Shown: positions 46,257 to 58,239 of the stretch, piece by piece
Position numbering within the stretch: the first letter of the stretch is position 1
Layout of the letters: each line of letters starts with the position of its first letter
Assembly (NCBI GenBank): GCA_047495785.1
Contig: JBLDXI010000015.1
Span: 2,108,001 to 2,172,000 of the forward strand
Origin: Lepidodermella squamata
Taxonomy: Eukaryota > Animalia > Gastrotricha
Length of the DNA: 64,000 bases
Reading direction: 5' to 3'
The notes under the pieces: model-generated
What the model was told of the DNA's origin: nothing
Seen by the model: the letters and a program-made list of their open reading frames with translations, nothing else
The model's database searches: none
Program-made: the position numbers and the translations under genes

Positions 46257-47378
46257 ATGGCAGATGAACAAATTGAGTTACTGAATTTACGCAAGTTGCA
46301 GTCGCTCGACGTACCTATCAGAGTAATCAACTCGCTGAACCTCTCCGATGTTGACTCAATCGAATGCTTCGCCTCTTACATTCACCAACGCGATTTCTAC
46401 GACTCTCAACTGACCAACCTTTTGATGGCTACTAAGGAAGATCTCGGTAAAGGCAAGAAAACGATCGCCCAACTCGAATCGAGCCGAAATTTTCTCGAAA
46501 CATCGATGCAAGACGTCAATTCGTTGCTGGCGGAAAAGGACGTGAAAATTCAGTCATTGAGCACCGAAGTCGAATTTTTGATTTTGCAACTCGAATCCGA
46601 GCGGAAAAATTTCGAATTTTCTGCCGCGTCATACGAGCAAATCATCTCTGATCAAGCCGCGAAAATCGATGATTTCGAACAGCGTCTTCGCGAAAATGAT
46701 GGAAAAATCGTTAAATCAACGGCCGAATTAGCGTCGAAGGAGAAATCGATTTCAAAATTGAGGCGAAAATTGGAAAAGCATCAGTCGAAATTCGATAAAA
46801 CGTTGTCTGGCAAGGAGCAGCAAATCGCGGGTTTAGCCTCGAAGGAAACTCAGCTTACTTCGGAACTTCGGCAAAGTCAATCAATTTGCGAATCGAAAAC
46901 TTTGGAAATCAACGATTTGAAATCGTACATTTCGAATTTGGAAGGCGAACTGAAAAATCTGGCGAAAATTCGAGAAAAATGCGCGACTGCTGAGGAGGCT
47001 GTGCAGAATTTACAGCTCGAGACTTCGACGTTATTGGAAGTTATTTCCGAACTGACCAATGCGAATAACGAGAAATTGCTCGAAATTGGTGAGTTGAAGC
47101 AACAAATTGTCGGGCTTGAAAAACAGTTGGAAGATGCTGCGAATGCCAAGTCCTTTCTGGGTAAACGCGTCGAAAATCTCAACTCGGAACTGCTTGAATT
47201 GGTATCGCTCACTGTTCCGAATTTGAAGCGGGAAATTAGCAATTTGCAAAATCTCGAAAAACGCCGTAAAAGCGAGTATGAAGCCGAGATTTCCTCGTTG
47301 AAGTCGACCAATGTGTTGTTGCGCTGCGACGTTGGAGCCATGAGAAAGGCCCTCGCTCAACGCGGCAATCGGATTTGA
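46257..47378 (+). CDS. CC10: 373-aa member (true start MADEQIELL), with a 3'-UTR intron
   Basis: AAAATG at 46257; family N-domain LRKLQSLDVPIRVINSLNLSD; GT-AG intron shortly after the stop (~47389-47448). Confidence 0.85.
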   Translation: MADEQIELLNLRKLQSLDVPIRVINSLNLSDVDSIECFASYIHQRDFYDSQLTNLLMATKEDLGKGKKTIAQLESSRNFLETSMQDVNSLLAEKDVKIQSLSTEVEFLILQLESERKNFEFSAASYEQIISDQAAKIDDFEQRLRENDGKIVKSTAELASKEKSISKLRRKLEKHQSKFDKTLSGKEQQIAGLASKETQLTSELRQSQSICESKTLEINDLKSYISNLEGELKNLAKIREKCATAEEAVQNLQLETSTLLEVISELTNANNEKLLEIGELKQQIVGLEKQLEDAANAKSFLGKRVENLNSELLELVSLTVPNLKREISNLQNLEKRRKSEYEAEISSLKSTNVLLRCDVGAMRKALAQRGNRI

Positions 47379-48379
47379 ATTTGGACAGGTAATTTTTCTT
47401 TTGTTGTCATTTGTATCAATGAATTTGTTAAAATTTTTCTCTTTTTCAGGTGACTTGCTAGCGAATCGGTGACTAATTTTCTCGAGCACAACCTTGACTC
47501 AGTATTTCCTAATCTAGCTCATTATTCGGGATCAGATGTCTTGATTGTTATCCAGTGATTTTCTACTGCTCATATTTTTTTCTAGTTATCCTTTGTTATG
47601 TTTGTAAATTTTTGATTTTATAATAAAAAATGAATGGTAATCTCGGTTTTTTATTCCTTGCTAACTGTTGATTACGACTTTTGACTAGATTTTTTTCATC
47701 AAGTTGCGTTTTTTGTGACCTGTTTTGCGTCCGATATGCTGACGCGTGCCGGTTCGATTTCCGACGAGATGACTCGTGTGGAAAATTATCATTGTTTTTA
47801 CTTATTATTTTACGGCGGAATCGAACGATTTTGGATGAAATACGGGCTGCTGATAGTTCTTTGGTGATGAGTAGCTAAATTAGCTATGCGTATTTAGAAT
47901 AAGAGCGGCTGATCAATTTTAAACTCAATTAGCCAAGGCGATAATTCCTCTCTAAAGAGAGAGAAAATGTTGTGTAAATGTCATGTATCGGTCACCTATT
48001 GCGTGGAAAGTGACACCTTTGTATCGGCTAGGTGATCATGTCATTATTTTATCTTTTTATTTAGGATTAGTTGGAATATATGTAATAATTTTTCCGAAAT
48101 CTCACTCGCAAATCACAGGCCTTGGCGGCTGCTGTCTCCCAATCGATTTTTTATTTTAAATTGAATTCGATTGGTCATTTTAATCCCGGACTCAAAATTA
48201 TTAATATTTTTAAGCGGGAAGAATTTTTCAATTTTTTTATGGTTGAATTTGAGTAATGGAATGAACCCTAATTATAAAGGCTTTTAGTTTTATTTTATTT
48301 AATTGCAATACATATTTTATTTTATCTCTTTTTATCGATTTTTATTTTTTATTTAGGATTTTTTACCTGGTTGTGAAAA

Positions 48380-49297
48380 ATGATCGACGATGACATTCGT
48401 GGGTTAAATAGACGAAAATTACAGTCGCTAGATTTGCCTGCCGAACTAATCGATTCATTGAACCTGTCCAACGTGGCTCTGATCGATGCTCTCATAGCCT
48501 ACGTCCTCGACCGAAATCGCTACGACATCCAACTGACAAATATTCTCGTCTCCACGAAAGAAAATCTCGCCGTAATCATCGAACAGCAGCGAACTTCGAC
48601 GATTTTCCCGGAAAAACTCTTGCGAGAAATTGAATTGTTGACCTTGAAAAATGACTCGGAACGTCAGACTTTCGAACAACTTCTCGCCGCTAAAGATCAG
48701 ATAATTATCGATCAAGAAGCGAAAATTAACAATTTTTTCGCCGAACTGAGCGACATCAACAAAATTCTGTCCGAAAGGGACGAGATGATTTTCGAATTAA
48801 ATGCGAAATTGGCCTTGAAAAGCGAAGAAAATTCTCGCATGTCGAATCTCGAGGCGAAAATCAGAGAGCTGAACCAAAAATTAAAAGATTTGGAGCTGTT
48901 AAAACTGGATGCTCTCTCGGAAAAATCAGCGCTGTCCAGGCGAGTTGCTGGGCTCAATGAACTGAACGTCAAGAAAACTCGGGAAATTAAGGAATTGAAT
49001 GAAAAAAACGAATCTCTGTCGAAAATTGTCAAAGATTTAGATTCGAAACTGGTCAAGTTGCAAGCGATTTCTGACCGTCAACTCGTGGAACTCGAAGAAA
49101 ATCGGCAACAAATCGAGCGGATGGAGAACGCGCTGCGAGAATTCAACCCAGCTATTAAGGCGCAGATGGAGCGTCATTACGAGCGGCATATTGCTCACCT
49201 TAATGGGCAGATAGTTGGGCTGGATCAAGATCTAGCCAGACTGCGGCATGAGCTCGATCGCCGAAATGGATGGTCAGGCCATTGGAGACCCTATTAA
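48380..49297 (+). CDS. CC11: 305-aa intronless member
   Basis: Family N-domain; C-terminal REFNPA..HIAHLN motif shared with CC12. Confidence 0.85.
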   Translation: MIDDDIRGLNRRKLQSLDLPAELIDSLNLSNVALIDALIAYVLDRNRYDIQLTNILVSTKENLAVIIEQQRTSTIFPEKLLREIELLTLKNDSERQTFEQLLAAKDQIIIDQEAKINNFFAELSDINKILSERDEMIFELNAKLALKSEENSRMSNLEAKIRELNQKLKDLELLKLDALSEKSALSRRVAGLNELNVKKTREIKELNEKNESLSKIVKDLDSKLVKLQAISDRQLVELEENRQQIERMENALREFNPAIKAQMERHYERHIAHLNGQIVGLDQDLARLRHELDRRNGWSGHWRPY

Positions 49298-49574
49298 AGC
49301 CGATTTTGTCCTAAAAATTGTACAATTAACATTTTTAAGGTGGATTTTTTTGTAACTTCAGATCTTTTGAAATATTTCATTTTACTCCATTTGTGCACTT
49401 GTTTTTATGTTTTAAATTTTTATCGATATATTTCACATTACAACTGCGTTGTTATGCGACAGGATAAACACGGGATTTCTTGCAAATTTCATCGTAATAT
49501 TGAACTAAATTTTTGAAATCTTTTCAATTTTCGAATAATTTTCCTTCAATTTTAGGTTTGATTTATTTTTAACA

Positions 49575-51146
49575 ATGGATGAAGATGAAATTCAGCTGTT
49601 AAATTGGCGGAAATTGAAAGCGTTGAACCTGCCCGGTGATTTGATTAGTCTACTCAACTTGGCCGATGAAAAGCTGGTCGAAACCCTCATCAGATACGTG
49701 GAATTACGCAATTTTTACGACAGCCGTGTTACCGAGGTTATGATTTCGAACCAGGAGAGGCTGAACGAAAGTCAAAAAGCCATTTCAGCGAAATCAGTCT
49801 GCGAAATCGAGGCGATAGTCGCTGCGAAAGACGCGAAAATCAAATCGTTAACCACCGAACTCGAATCATTCACGAAATCCTGGGTCTCTGAGCGGCAAGT
49901 TTTTGAAACTCTACTCGCGTCAAAAGATTCGATAATCAGTGATCAGGAGTCTAAAATTAATGCTTTAGCGAGTGAAGCTGAAAGTTGGCGGACAATTATT
50001 GCCGATAAAGATCGAGTTTTAACAGATTTTAATAGCCAATTATCCTCCTTAACACAAAATTCTTCATCAATCATCCAATCGCGTGATTCAACGATTTCTG
50101 ATCTGGCATCGAAAAATCAAGAATTGATGAGGCAGATTGAGCTGTCTGGCTCGCGTAATTCAAACCTCGTAGAAACTGTGAAAAATCTGGAAAAATTCAA
50201 CACGCAACTTAAGGAGGAACTCGGAAGAAGCCGGGAAAATATCGAAAATCTTCAATCTTCGATGGCGAAATCAATCGAAGAATTGAAATCGATAGTCAAT
50301 GAAAAAGATTCGCAAATTCAATCTCTTATGGCTGAAATCGAGAATTTATCTCGGAGTCTCAATTCAGACCGGCAGCAAATGGCCAGTCTCCAATCGAAAA
50401 TTAGCGTTGATCCCGTCGAATCCGGGAATTTCAGGGAAATATTAGCGGAAAAAGATCGCGTTATTGAAGATTCGAAACGAAAATTCGCAGCTTTTGAAGA
50501 AAATTCAGCGTTAATTATCGAGTCTCGGGATATTATTATATCGTCATTAGAGTCGAAAAACTCCACCCTTACCACTCGTGTTATGGAGCTCGAAAACGCG
50601 AAGGTGACAATGTGGGAAAAATATAACGAACAGGCGCAGAAATCGAAACATTTTGAGATGGAAAAGCATGCGTTGAAGGGTGAAAATTCAGCGTTATCCG
50701 ATCGAATTGCCGGGCTCAACCAGCTTAGTGTATCGAAAAATCTCGAAATTGCGAAATTGAACGAAAAAATCGGCGATTTATCGAAACAGAACGCGGCACT
50801 ATCGAAATCGATCGAAGAATTCGAGGCGAAATTGAAAGTTGGTGCCGATCACAGCAAATGCGAGGCGGAGATTGAGAAATTGAACGGTGTGATAACCAGC
50901 CTGCAGACGTCTATAAATCGTCAGAAGGCTGAGTTGAAGACTAGCCAGGATAATATTGAACGGCTGAATAATTCGACGCGAGAGTTCAACCCGGCGATGA
51001 AGCAGCAGTTGATTGAACACTTCGAGGCTCGGATTGCGCATTTGAACGCGGCGAACAACGCGATGCGGCTTGAAATGGACAGGCTGCAGCATATGTTGAT
51101 GCAGCGAGACCAGCCCGTCCGGCAGTATGGCCCCAGGCGCTTCTAA
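49575..51146 (+). CDS. CC12: 523-aa member with internal ~100-aa duplication
   Basis: Family N-domain; the segment IVxxKDxxIxSL...KDRV...IIxSRD occurs twice; C-terminus homologous to CC11. Confidence 0.85.
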   Translation: MDEDEIQLLNWRKLKALNLPGDLISLLNLADEKLVETLIRYVELRNFYDSRVTEVMISNQERLNESQKAISAKSVCEIEAIVAAKDAKIKSLTTELESFTKSWVSERQVFETLLASKDSIISDQESKINALASEAESWRTIIADKDRVLTDFNSQLSSLTQNSSSIIQSRDSTISDLASKNQELMRQIELSGSRNSNLVETVKNLEKFNTQLKEELGRSRENIENLQSSMAKSIEELKSIVNEKDSQIQSLMAEIENLSRSLNSDRQQMASLQSKISVDPVESGNFREILAEKDRVIEDSKRKFAAFEENSALIIESRDIIISSLESKNSTLTTRVMELENAKVTMWEKYNEQAQKSKHFEMEKHALKGENSALSDRIAGLNQLSVSKNLEIAKLNEKIGDLSKQNAALSKSIEEFEAKLKVGADHSKCEAEIEKLNGVITSLQTSINRQKAELKTSQDNIERLNNSTREFNPAMKQQLIEHFEARIAHLNAANNAMRLEMDRLQHMLMQRDQPVRQYGPRRF

Positions 51147-51351
51147 TTGTGCCTAAATTGAGGTAATGGCTTTATTACTAATTTTGTTATTTAACTATTT
51201 TTAAACAGTTTTTAAACGGAATTATTCATATGCCGGAGAAAAGTATTTGACGGCATTTATAGGGGTTTTAGGAGGTGTAAATCACGATTTTGGGTGGAAT
51301 TATTTTTGTATTTGGCGTCTTTTTATAGGAATTTCCACTATTTTTTCGTCA

Positions 51352-51626
51352 AATCTACCGAGAGAAAATGTCATCTCTTATCCAAGATTTAACCGTAGAA
51401 ATGAAAAATTCACCGGAAAAAACTCGATAAACCCCGATGGTAACTGGTTCGGTAATTTTCGGTATTTTACCCGGCTGGACCGAATTTCTTCGGACTTTTT
51501 TAATCCCATTAGAAGTGACATACTTGATTACTATTCTCGTGATTTTTTGAATTTTTATAAATTTTGTCTGGCCATGAGATGTGACTTCGCCTCGCATTTT
51601 AGAGTTTCTGAACCCTTTTCCGTGTA
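51352..51626 (+). repeat. Second copy of the dispersed repeat at 17265-17534
   Basis: Same colinear blocks, ending ttttccgtgta. Confidence 0.7.
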
Positions 51627-51839
51627 AGGTCACCCGGACGGAACGGCTCTGCGATTGATGTGGCGATTCCTCCAAGGGTGTGAGCGGCGGCGGTGAATAA
51701 CGGAAGTAGTCACATGTCACTCAAGCCGTACAAACAAAAGGCGCAGTCAATTATCAGCACCGTTTTTATTAGCTTGAAACCAGCGAAAAAACATTATACA
51801 CAGCGAAAATTCTAGAAGAAAAATTATTGTTTTTGGGTT

Positions 51840-52415
51840 AGAATATTGCGCGGCACCGAAATGACCGAAATGAGGCGGACCTTTGATCTTGGCGGGGCGG
51901 TATCTCGGCCGTGCACGATCGAAGTATCGACCGGCTGCACTGCCGGCTTTGTCCTAGTTTTAGCGGCGCGTTTCACAGCAATTTTCGTCGCATCGCCTCT
52001 TCGCTTTTTTGAATCTTTTCCGGCGATTTTTGGCGATTTTCGACATGAGCGAATTTAGCTGACGATGAAGGAGCAAAGGCGGCGAAGCCATTCATAAGAT
52101 CTGTGAAGCCATTTCTCTATAATATAAAATGGAAATTTAAAAAATTGAATACCTGAATCGACGTTTTGAAAACACTGGCCATGTTGACCGCATTGAGCAT
52201 ATTTGTAGTATCGGCGTCATGAGACAGATGTGGAAATTCGACCACTTTGCCAATCACTTTCTCTGTGCAGAAGAATGTTTAGTTCTCAGGGATCGGGAAT
52301 TCGATATGTCCCTCTTCTTTTAAAATTCGGTCAACCACCTCGCTGAACGTGCGGGTCTTTAGTCGATCGCCGTTCGACTTTCGCACAAAATGCCAGCCAG
52401 GTTGCTCTCAGCCAT
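51840..52415 (-). pseudogene. Two-exon minus-strand gene relic of unknown origin
   Basis: Coding-like frame (...WHFVRKSNGDRLKTRTFSEVVDRILKEEGHIEFPIPEN*TFFCTEKVIG...) with an internal stop, a GT-AG intron near 52120-52153, and a basic final exon. Confidence 0.35.
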
Positions 52416-53064
52416 TGCAAAAATGCAAATGCCAAGCAACGCGATGCAAAAGCAATGCAAAATTAAATCAAGCAGTTACCTAAATATTGAATAAGAAGTC
52501 GATTATTGAAGAAAAGATACGGAGCAAGAATTCAGAAAAAAATCTGTATAGTTATGAATGAATGAATGAATGAATCGTATCGATTTCCCACGGCTGACAC
52601 GCGCGAAATAATACGTGATAAATTTCCAATCCAGTGAAAATCGAAAGCCTTGCAAATTCAATTTATTACTCATTGTTATGGATTATTGTAGGCACCAATC
52701 GCGTATTCACATAAGCCAAAAGAAAGTATCAGCAAATAAACGAATATACCAACGTATGAAAATTTGAATGAAAAATTCTGATGGGAAATTTGGAATTTTG
52801 GAGAACTTCCGACTTGCGGTAGCGGAAGGTTTTACACTTTTTCCAGCCCTGATCGAACGGCACCGGATACGTTTTTGCCAGCTTTCTTGATTTCCTTATT
52901 GGCTAACAGCATGATATTTGATCGACCCCGAGATAGGGGTGGCGCTCACGCCAACATTATTCCAAACTGTTGGAAAAAATCAATGTTGGAAAGTCAAACC
53001 CATGATTTCGGCAAGTTGCAGAGGCAAGCCTTCATAATTCCGAAAATTCTAGATTTCGTTGCCA

Positions 53065-53776
53065 TTACCGGCATGATGGTCGATAATTTGTACTAAGATG
53101 GGTTTCCGTGCCTTTATTCATCTGATTAGGCCAAATTGTTGCAATCATTGCAGAGCCCAGACTGCCACCAAAGTCAAAGGCGCAAAGAAGTTGTCGCAAA
53201 TGATTCGCCGTGATTAGATCCATCAATTCGATACTGCTGTGAATTATTATGAATTCGAGTACTTTTTTAGCTGTTTTACTCAATGCCGGTTCAGAGATGA
53301 CCTTGCCATCATAAGGCGGTTGGCTAATTTAGGGAAAATTAGCCTAATTCGCCCTTCGCCAACCAGCTCGACATTCATTTGTTTGAACTTAGGCCAAGTT
53401 GAGTGTAGGATTAGTTCCAGTTCCGCATTTCGGCTTTCATTCGCTTCGTGATTTTGAGGCCGGGGAATCGCTTCGCCAGCAGCCGAGATAGGTCCTCTAT
53501 CAAATGGTTGATACAAAAGAAAATCAGTGTGAAACCAATCGGAATGAGTAGAGGTGAAACCGTCAGAAACCAAGAGCAGTTGCAGCCAAGGTACCGAATC
53601 ATCGTCATTTTTGTGAAGCCGAGAAGAGCATTGACCTCAGCAAAACAACAATCAATAGTGAGCGTACGAGGCAGCGGAACTGTCCGATTTTTGACCGGAA
53701 GGGCGGCTTTCAAAGCCTCCGGGGAGCTTTGAATTTGATGATTTTGCTGGTCGGATGAGAGCATGCCCGGTGGCAT
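53065..53776 (-). pseudogene. Frameshifted minus-strand ORF relic whose 5' end was co-duplicated with CC13/CC14
   Basis: Overlapping short ORFs in different frames; the first ~150 nt recur at ~55850-56095. Confidence 0.35.
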
Positions 53777-54333
53777 CCAAGGATAGGAATCATTCGAAAA
53801 TTGAAGAAAAATATTCTGATGACATTAATTTATCAATTTTTTAATTATTTACTTGATGGAAGATTTTCGCAACTTGAAATTTAATAACTATATGGTTTTT
53901 AGGTTCTGCTTTGCGGCTGAATCTTTCGGAAACTGGCACTTCTTACTCTTGTGCATACATCATACCAATGTGTTCAGGTGATCGAAATCAGCATGTATTT
54001 TATACTGAATAACAGCTTGATTGTTGTGTAACTGTATTTACCGAAAAACAAAAACAAATCAACTGGCGTGCAACTGCGACGAAACATGTGCCAGTTTAGC
54101 TGAGAACACTTATCACGATTTTCAGCGGAATTTTTTCTCTGCGGGAAACTGTAAAATATATTATTATTGTTTTTTCTTTGATTGTCGATTATTCTCGCCA
54201 TTTTTCTCTTTGCTGATCTTGGAATTAATAAATTTGGTATTTATGATTTATTTCCATTTAATGTTCTGAGACGATAGGTACGAGTAATTTTCATAATTTA
54301 ATTTCTATTTATAGGCGGGTTTTTTTCGTTAAA

Positions 54334-55611
54334 ATGACTGACGATAAAACTCAGCTGCGAAATGAAATAAATCTGATATCACTCGATTTACCGCCTGATT
54401 TGATGATCCTCATTGATACGTCCGACGTCGCCTTGGTGACCGCGCTGGTTAGCTTCATCGAAGAGAAAAATTCTTATCAAAGTCAACTAACCGAATCGCT
54501 GATCGCCTCCAAAGAAAAGGTCGAGGCGAGTCGAAGAATCATTGAAAAGCTTGTAGCGGACCTTAAATTAGCCGAAAATTCGATCGCGTCATTCAAATCA
54601 ATCCTGGAGCAGAAAGAAACAAAGATTAAATCGCTATTGGCTGAAATCGAATGTTTAACTCGGCAAAACGAATCGCAGTTGTCTCAAATCACTTTGAAAA
54701 ACGACATTATTTCCGATCAATTAACCAAACTCGCAAACTTATCGAAACAAGCTGAAAAACGCCGTAAAATCGATACTTCGATTGATTTAAATTCGGAATT
54801 GGTAGAAAAAATCGCATCTCTTGAGGTAGCTAACGACAGTCTTGAGCAGGATATCGCCGCCTCTCAGAAGAGAATTTCCGAGTTGGAACAGACCATAGCT
54901 ACTCAGCATCAAGTGTTTCATCGAATTTCATCCGAAGTGGAACGGCAGGCTGAGTTATTGACTGCAAAAGATGGCCAATTAGCGGCTTCGTTGCAGGATA
55001 AAGCGATTCTGGCTGGTCAGTTCAATCAATTGAAAGAGGAAAATTACGAGAAAAATCGGCTGATTTCAAAGCTGACCGACGACATAACGATATGGAAAAC
55101 GAAAAATAAAACTCTATTCGACCATGCCAGCGATTTGGAACAAGAGCTGAAACGCGTTGTGGCTATCAATTTCAGCGTCGCTGAAAATTGCCCAGAAAAA
55201 TCGCAACGTTTTAAGGCAAAACTGAAAGAAACGAAACGCGAGCTCAGGTCTAGCAATAGAGAACTGAGAAAAACTCGCTGTGAGCTGGCTGAATTTAAAC
55301 GAAATTTCGATAGATTGATGCATGAAGTTGCAATGAAAGATTCGATAATTGCTCAGATTGAACAAAGTCTGCTGTCTGTTGATGAAAAATGGAAGAAAAA
55401 TTGTGTTGACTTGATGTCGGAATCTCACCGTCTTGTTGATGAGTTGAAAGGCCAAGTTGCAGAAAAGGAAAAAATTACTGCTGATTTGAATTTTCGAATT
55501 TATGGGCTCAATTCGACAGTAGCCCGATTGCGAATGGAATTGAGCCGAACGGCTGAAGCGCTGATGGCCACGTCTTTTAATCGGCAAGGATCTAACAATA
55601 ATTACTGGTAA
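54334..55611 (+). CDS. CC13: ~425-aa member; recent duplicate of CC14
   Basis: Family N-domain; KRRK NLS-like motif; terminal intron 55608-55667 overlaps the last codons. Confidence 0.9.
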   Translation: MTDDKTQLRNEINLISLDLPPDLMILIDTSDVALVTALVSFIEEKNSYQSQLTESLIASKEKVEASRRIIEKLVADLKLAENSIASFKSILEQKETKIKSLLAEIECLTRQNESQLSQITLKNDIISDQLTKLANLSKQAEKRRKIDTSIDLNSELVEKIASLEVANDSLEQDIAASQKRISELEQTIATQHQVFHRISSEVERQAELLTAKDGQLAASLQDKAILAGQFNQLKEENYEKNRLISKLTDDITIWKTKNKTLFDHASDLEQELKRVVAINFSVAENCPEKSQRFKAKLKETKRELRSSNRELRKTRCELAEFKRNFDRLMHEVAMKDSIIAQIEQSLLSVDEKWKKNCVDLMSESHRLVDELKGQVAEKEKITADLNFRIYGLNSTVARLRMELSRTAEALMATSFNRQGSNNNYW

Positions 55612-56135
55612 ATTTTTTTGAAAATTTATAAAATTTATAATTTATGAAATTGTATTTTATTTTACAGATTGACATAGCTCTGGACCTTGCTGATAAACAA
55701 TTGACTGATATTAATATTTTTTGCTCTAATTTTTCATTCCAAACTCGTTGTCTTGTATGATTTTTCCAAACTCGATGAAATGGTTGTTATTGGTTATTTT
55801 TCATCCAATGGGATCTTTTTAATTGTTTTTAGGCTAATTTATTCAATTAATTTCAAACCTCCAGAGAGCTTTGAACCCGATGACTTTTGCTGGTTTGACG
55901 AGCGCATTTCGCCAAGTGGAACTAGCACCGTTTCGCCCACAGCATTTAGTCATTATTAGGACGTGATAAGAAACTCGCTGACCCGATTATCAGGTCGACC
56001 CGGCGAATTGCCCGGTGGCATCCAGGGATAGGAATCATTTGAAAATGTATATAAAATATGTTGATGATGCTAATTCATTATTTTTTTAATTATTTAATTT
56101 GTGCATCATTTTAGTCTGCAGCTTTAATAATATTG

Positions 56136-56657
56136 ACCGGAAACAAGTGAAAAGTGGGGTTAGGCGACATTTTTGACATTGTGAGATTTCGATGCCATTT
56201 TCAAGATCTATTAACGAGGAGTCGAACGGTATAAAAAAGGGCTGATGTTCATCAGGGTTGCTGAGAAAATGGGCTTATAAGTTTACGAGTGAAAAATGCA
56301 AATTTTGAAAAATGCGCCTTAAAAATTGAGTATATAATTGGATCAGTAAATAATCGTGGGCGCAATATTTTCTTCAGCACAGTCGACACTTCGCAGAGTA
56401 ATCTTAGGTGAGTAATCTCGCCAGATCTTGAAAAAATGTTGGGATCAAGCTAGTGTCTCTACGACAACCTGAATCGAGAACACGTGTTTTAAGGAGGATG
56501 GCAACATCCTAGAGGTCTGAAATTTGAAATCGTCAAAAAAACTGAGTGAGGACATCTTGTAATTCGAGAATCGTCCTAATTCGAGTGAACACACTTTTTG
56601 CGATTTGCTGGAAATTACAGAAAATTCGCGTAACCCCATTTTTCACTTGATTCCGGT
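56136..56657. mobile_element. MITE upstream of CC14 only
   Basis: Left end accggaaacaagtgaaaagtggggttaggcga vs reverse complement of right end accggaatcaagtgaaaaatggggttacgcga. Confidence 0.75.
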
Positions 56658-56743
56658 GACATTAGAAAACGGGAACTTCTTCGAAAACTTCACCCCAAAT
56701 TTAAAAAAAAATCCATTTTTTAGGTGGGTTTTTTTACGTTAAA

Positions 56744-57988
56744 ATGACTGACGATAAAACTCAGCTGCGAAATGAAATTAATCTGAGATCACTCGATTTG
56801 CCGCCTGATTTGATGTGCCTCATCGATACTTCCGACGGCGCCTTGGTAACCGCGTTGTTCCGTTTCATCGAAGAGAAAAATGCCTACCAAAGTCAACTAA
56901 CCAAAGCGCTGATTGCCTCTAAAGAAAAAGCCGAGGCGAGCGGAAAAATCATTGAAAAGCTCGTGACGGATCTGAAATCAGCCGAAAATTCGAACGCGTC
57001 ATTTAAATCAATTTTGGAGCAGAAAGAAACAAAGATTAAATCGCTATTGGCTGAAATGGAATGTTTAACTCGGCAAAACGAATCGCAGTTGTCTCAAATC
57101 GCTTCGAGGAATGAAATTATTTCCGATCAATTGACCAAAATCGAAAATTTATCGCAACAAGTTGGAAAACGCCGTAAAATTGAAACGTCGATGGATTTGA
57201 ACTCGGAATTGGTAGAGAAAATCGCATCACTTGAGGTAGATAACGACAATCTCGAACATGCGATTGCTTCATCTCAGAAGAAAATTAGCGATATGGAAAA
57301 AACAATTGCCACTCAGCATCAAGTTTACGAGCGAATTTCAAGCGTAGTGGAAATGCAGGCTGAATTATTGAGTGCGAAAGATGACCAATTATCGGCTTCG
57401 TTGCAGGAAAATGCGATTATGGCTGGTCAAATTTCGAAATTGACCGACGAAATAACGATATGGGAAACGAAAAATAAAACTCTGTTCGACCACGCCAACG
57501 ATTTGGAACGCGAGCTGAGACGCGTTGTGGCGATCAATTTCAGCGTCGCGGAAAATGTACCACAAAAATCGCTGCGTTTCAAGGCGAAACTGAAGGAAAC
57601 GAAACGCGAGCTCAGTTCCAGAAACAAAGAACTGAGAAAAATCCGCAAGGAGCACGCTGATTTAAAACAAAATTTCGATAGCTTGAAGCATCAAATTGAG
57701 GTGAAAGATTTGTTAATCGCTCAGATTGAACGCAGCCTGCTGTCTAAGGATAAAAAATGGGGGAAAACGTGTGATGACTTGATTAGCAAGCTGTTTGAAT
57801 CTCGCCGTCTCGTTGATGAATTGAAAAGCCATGTTGCGAAAAGAGAAACAAATATTGCTGATTTGAATTTTCGAATTTTGGGCCTCAATTCGACTATAGC
57901 CGGGCTGCGAATGGACTTGAGCCGAACGTCTGGGGCGCTACTTGCCACGTCTTTTAATTTGCAACAATCCAACAAAAATTACTGGTAA
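56744..57988 (+). CDS. CC14: ~414-aa member; recent duplicate of CC13
   Basis: Colinear and highly similar to CC13, with a 14-aa deletion and a small insertion; same terminal intron. Confidence 0.9.
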   Translation: MTDDKTQLRNEINLRSLDLPPDLMCLIDTSDGALVTALFRFIEEKNAYQSQLTKALIASKEKAEASGKIIEKLVTDLKSAENSNASFKSILEQKETKIKSLLAEMECLTRQNESQLSQIASRNEIISDQLTKIENLSQQVGKRRKIETSMDLNSELVEKIASLEVDNDNLEHAIASSQKKISDMEKTIATQHQVYERISSVVEMQAELLSAKDDQLSASLQENAIMAGQISKLTDEITIWETKNKTLFDHANDLERELRRVVAINFSVAENVPQKSLRFKAKLKETKRELSSRNKELRKIRKEHADLKQNFDSLKHQIEVKDLLIAQIERSLLSKDKKWGKTCDDLISKLFESRRLVDELKSHVAKRETNIADLNFRILGLNSTIAGLRMDLSRTSGALLATSFNLQQSNKNYW

Positions 57989-58239
57989 GAATTTTTCAAA
58001 GGTTTAGAAATATTTTTAAAATTTTTAATTGCGATAATTTTTCAATTAAATATTTTTATTTTTCAGATTTTCGAAAATCCGGACCTTGCTGACCAGACTG
58101 ATAATAATATTATTTGCTCTAATTTTTCGAGCTCGCTATCTTGCATGATTTTTTCCAAACTTTATGAAGTGATTGTTATTGGTTATTTTTGATCGGATAG
58201 GATCTTTTTAATTGTTTTTAGGCCATAATTTATTACGAA

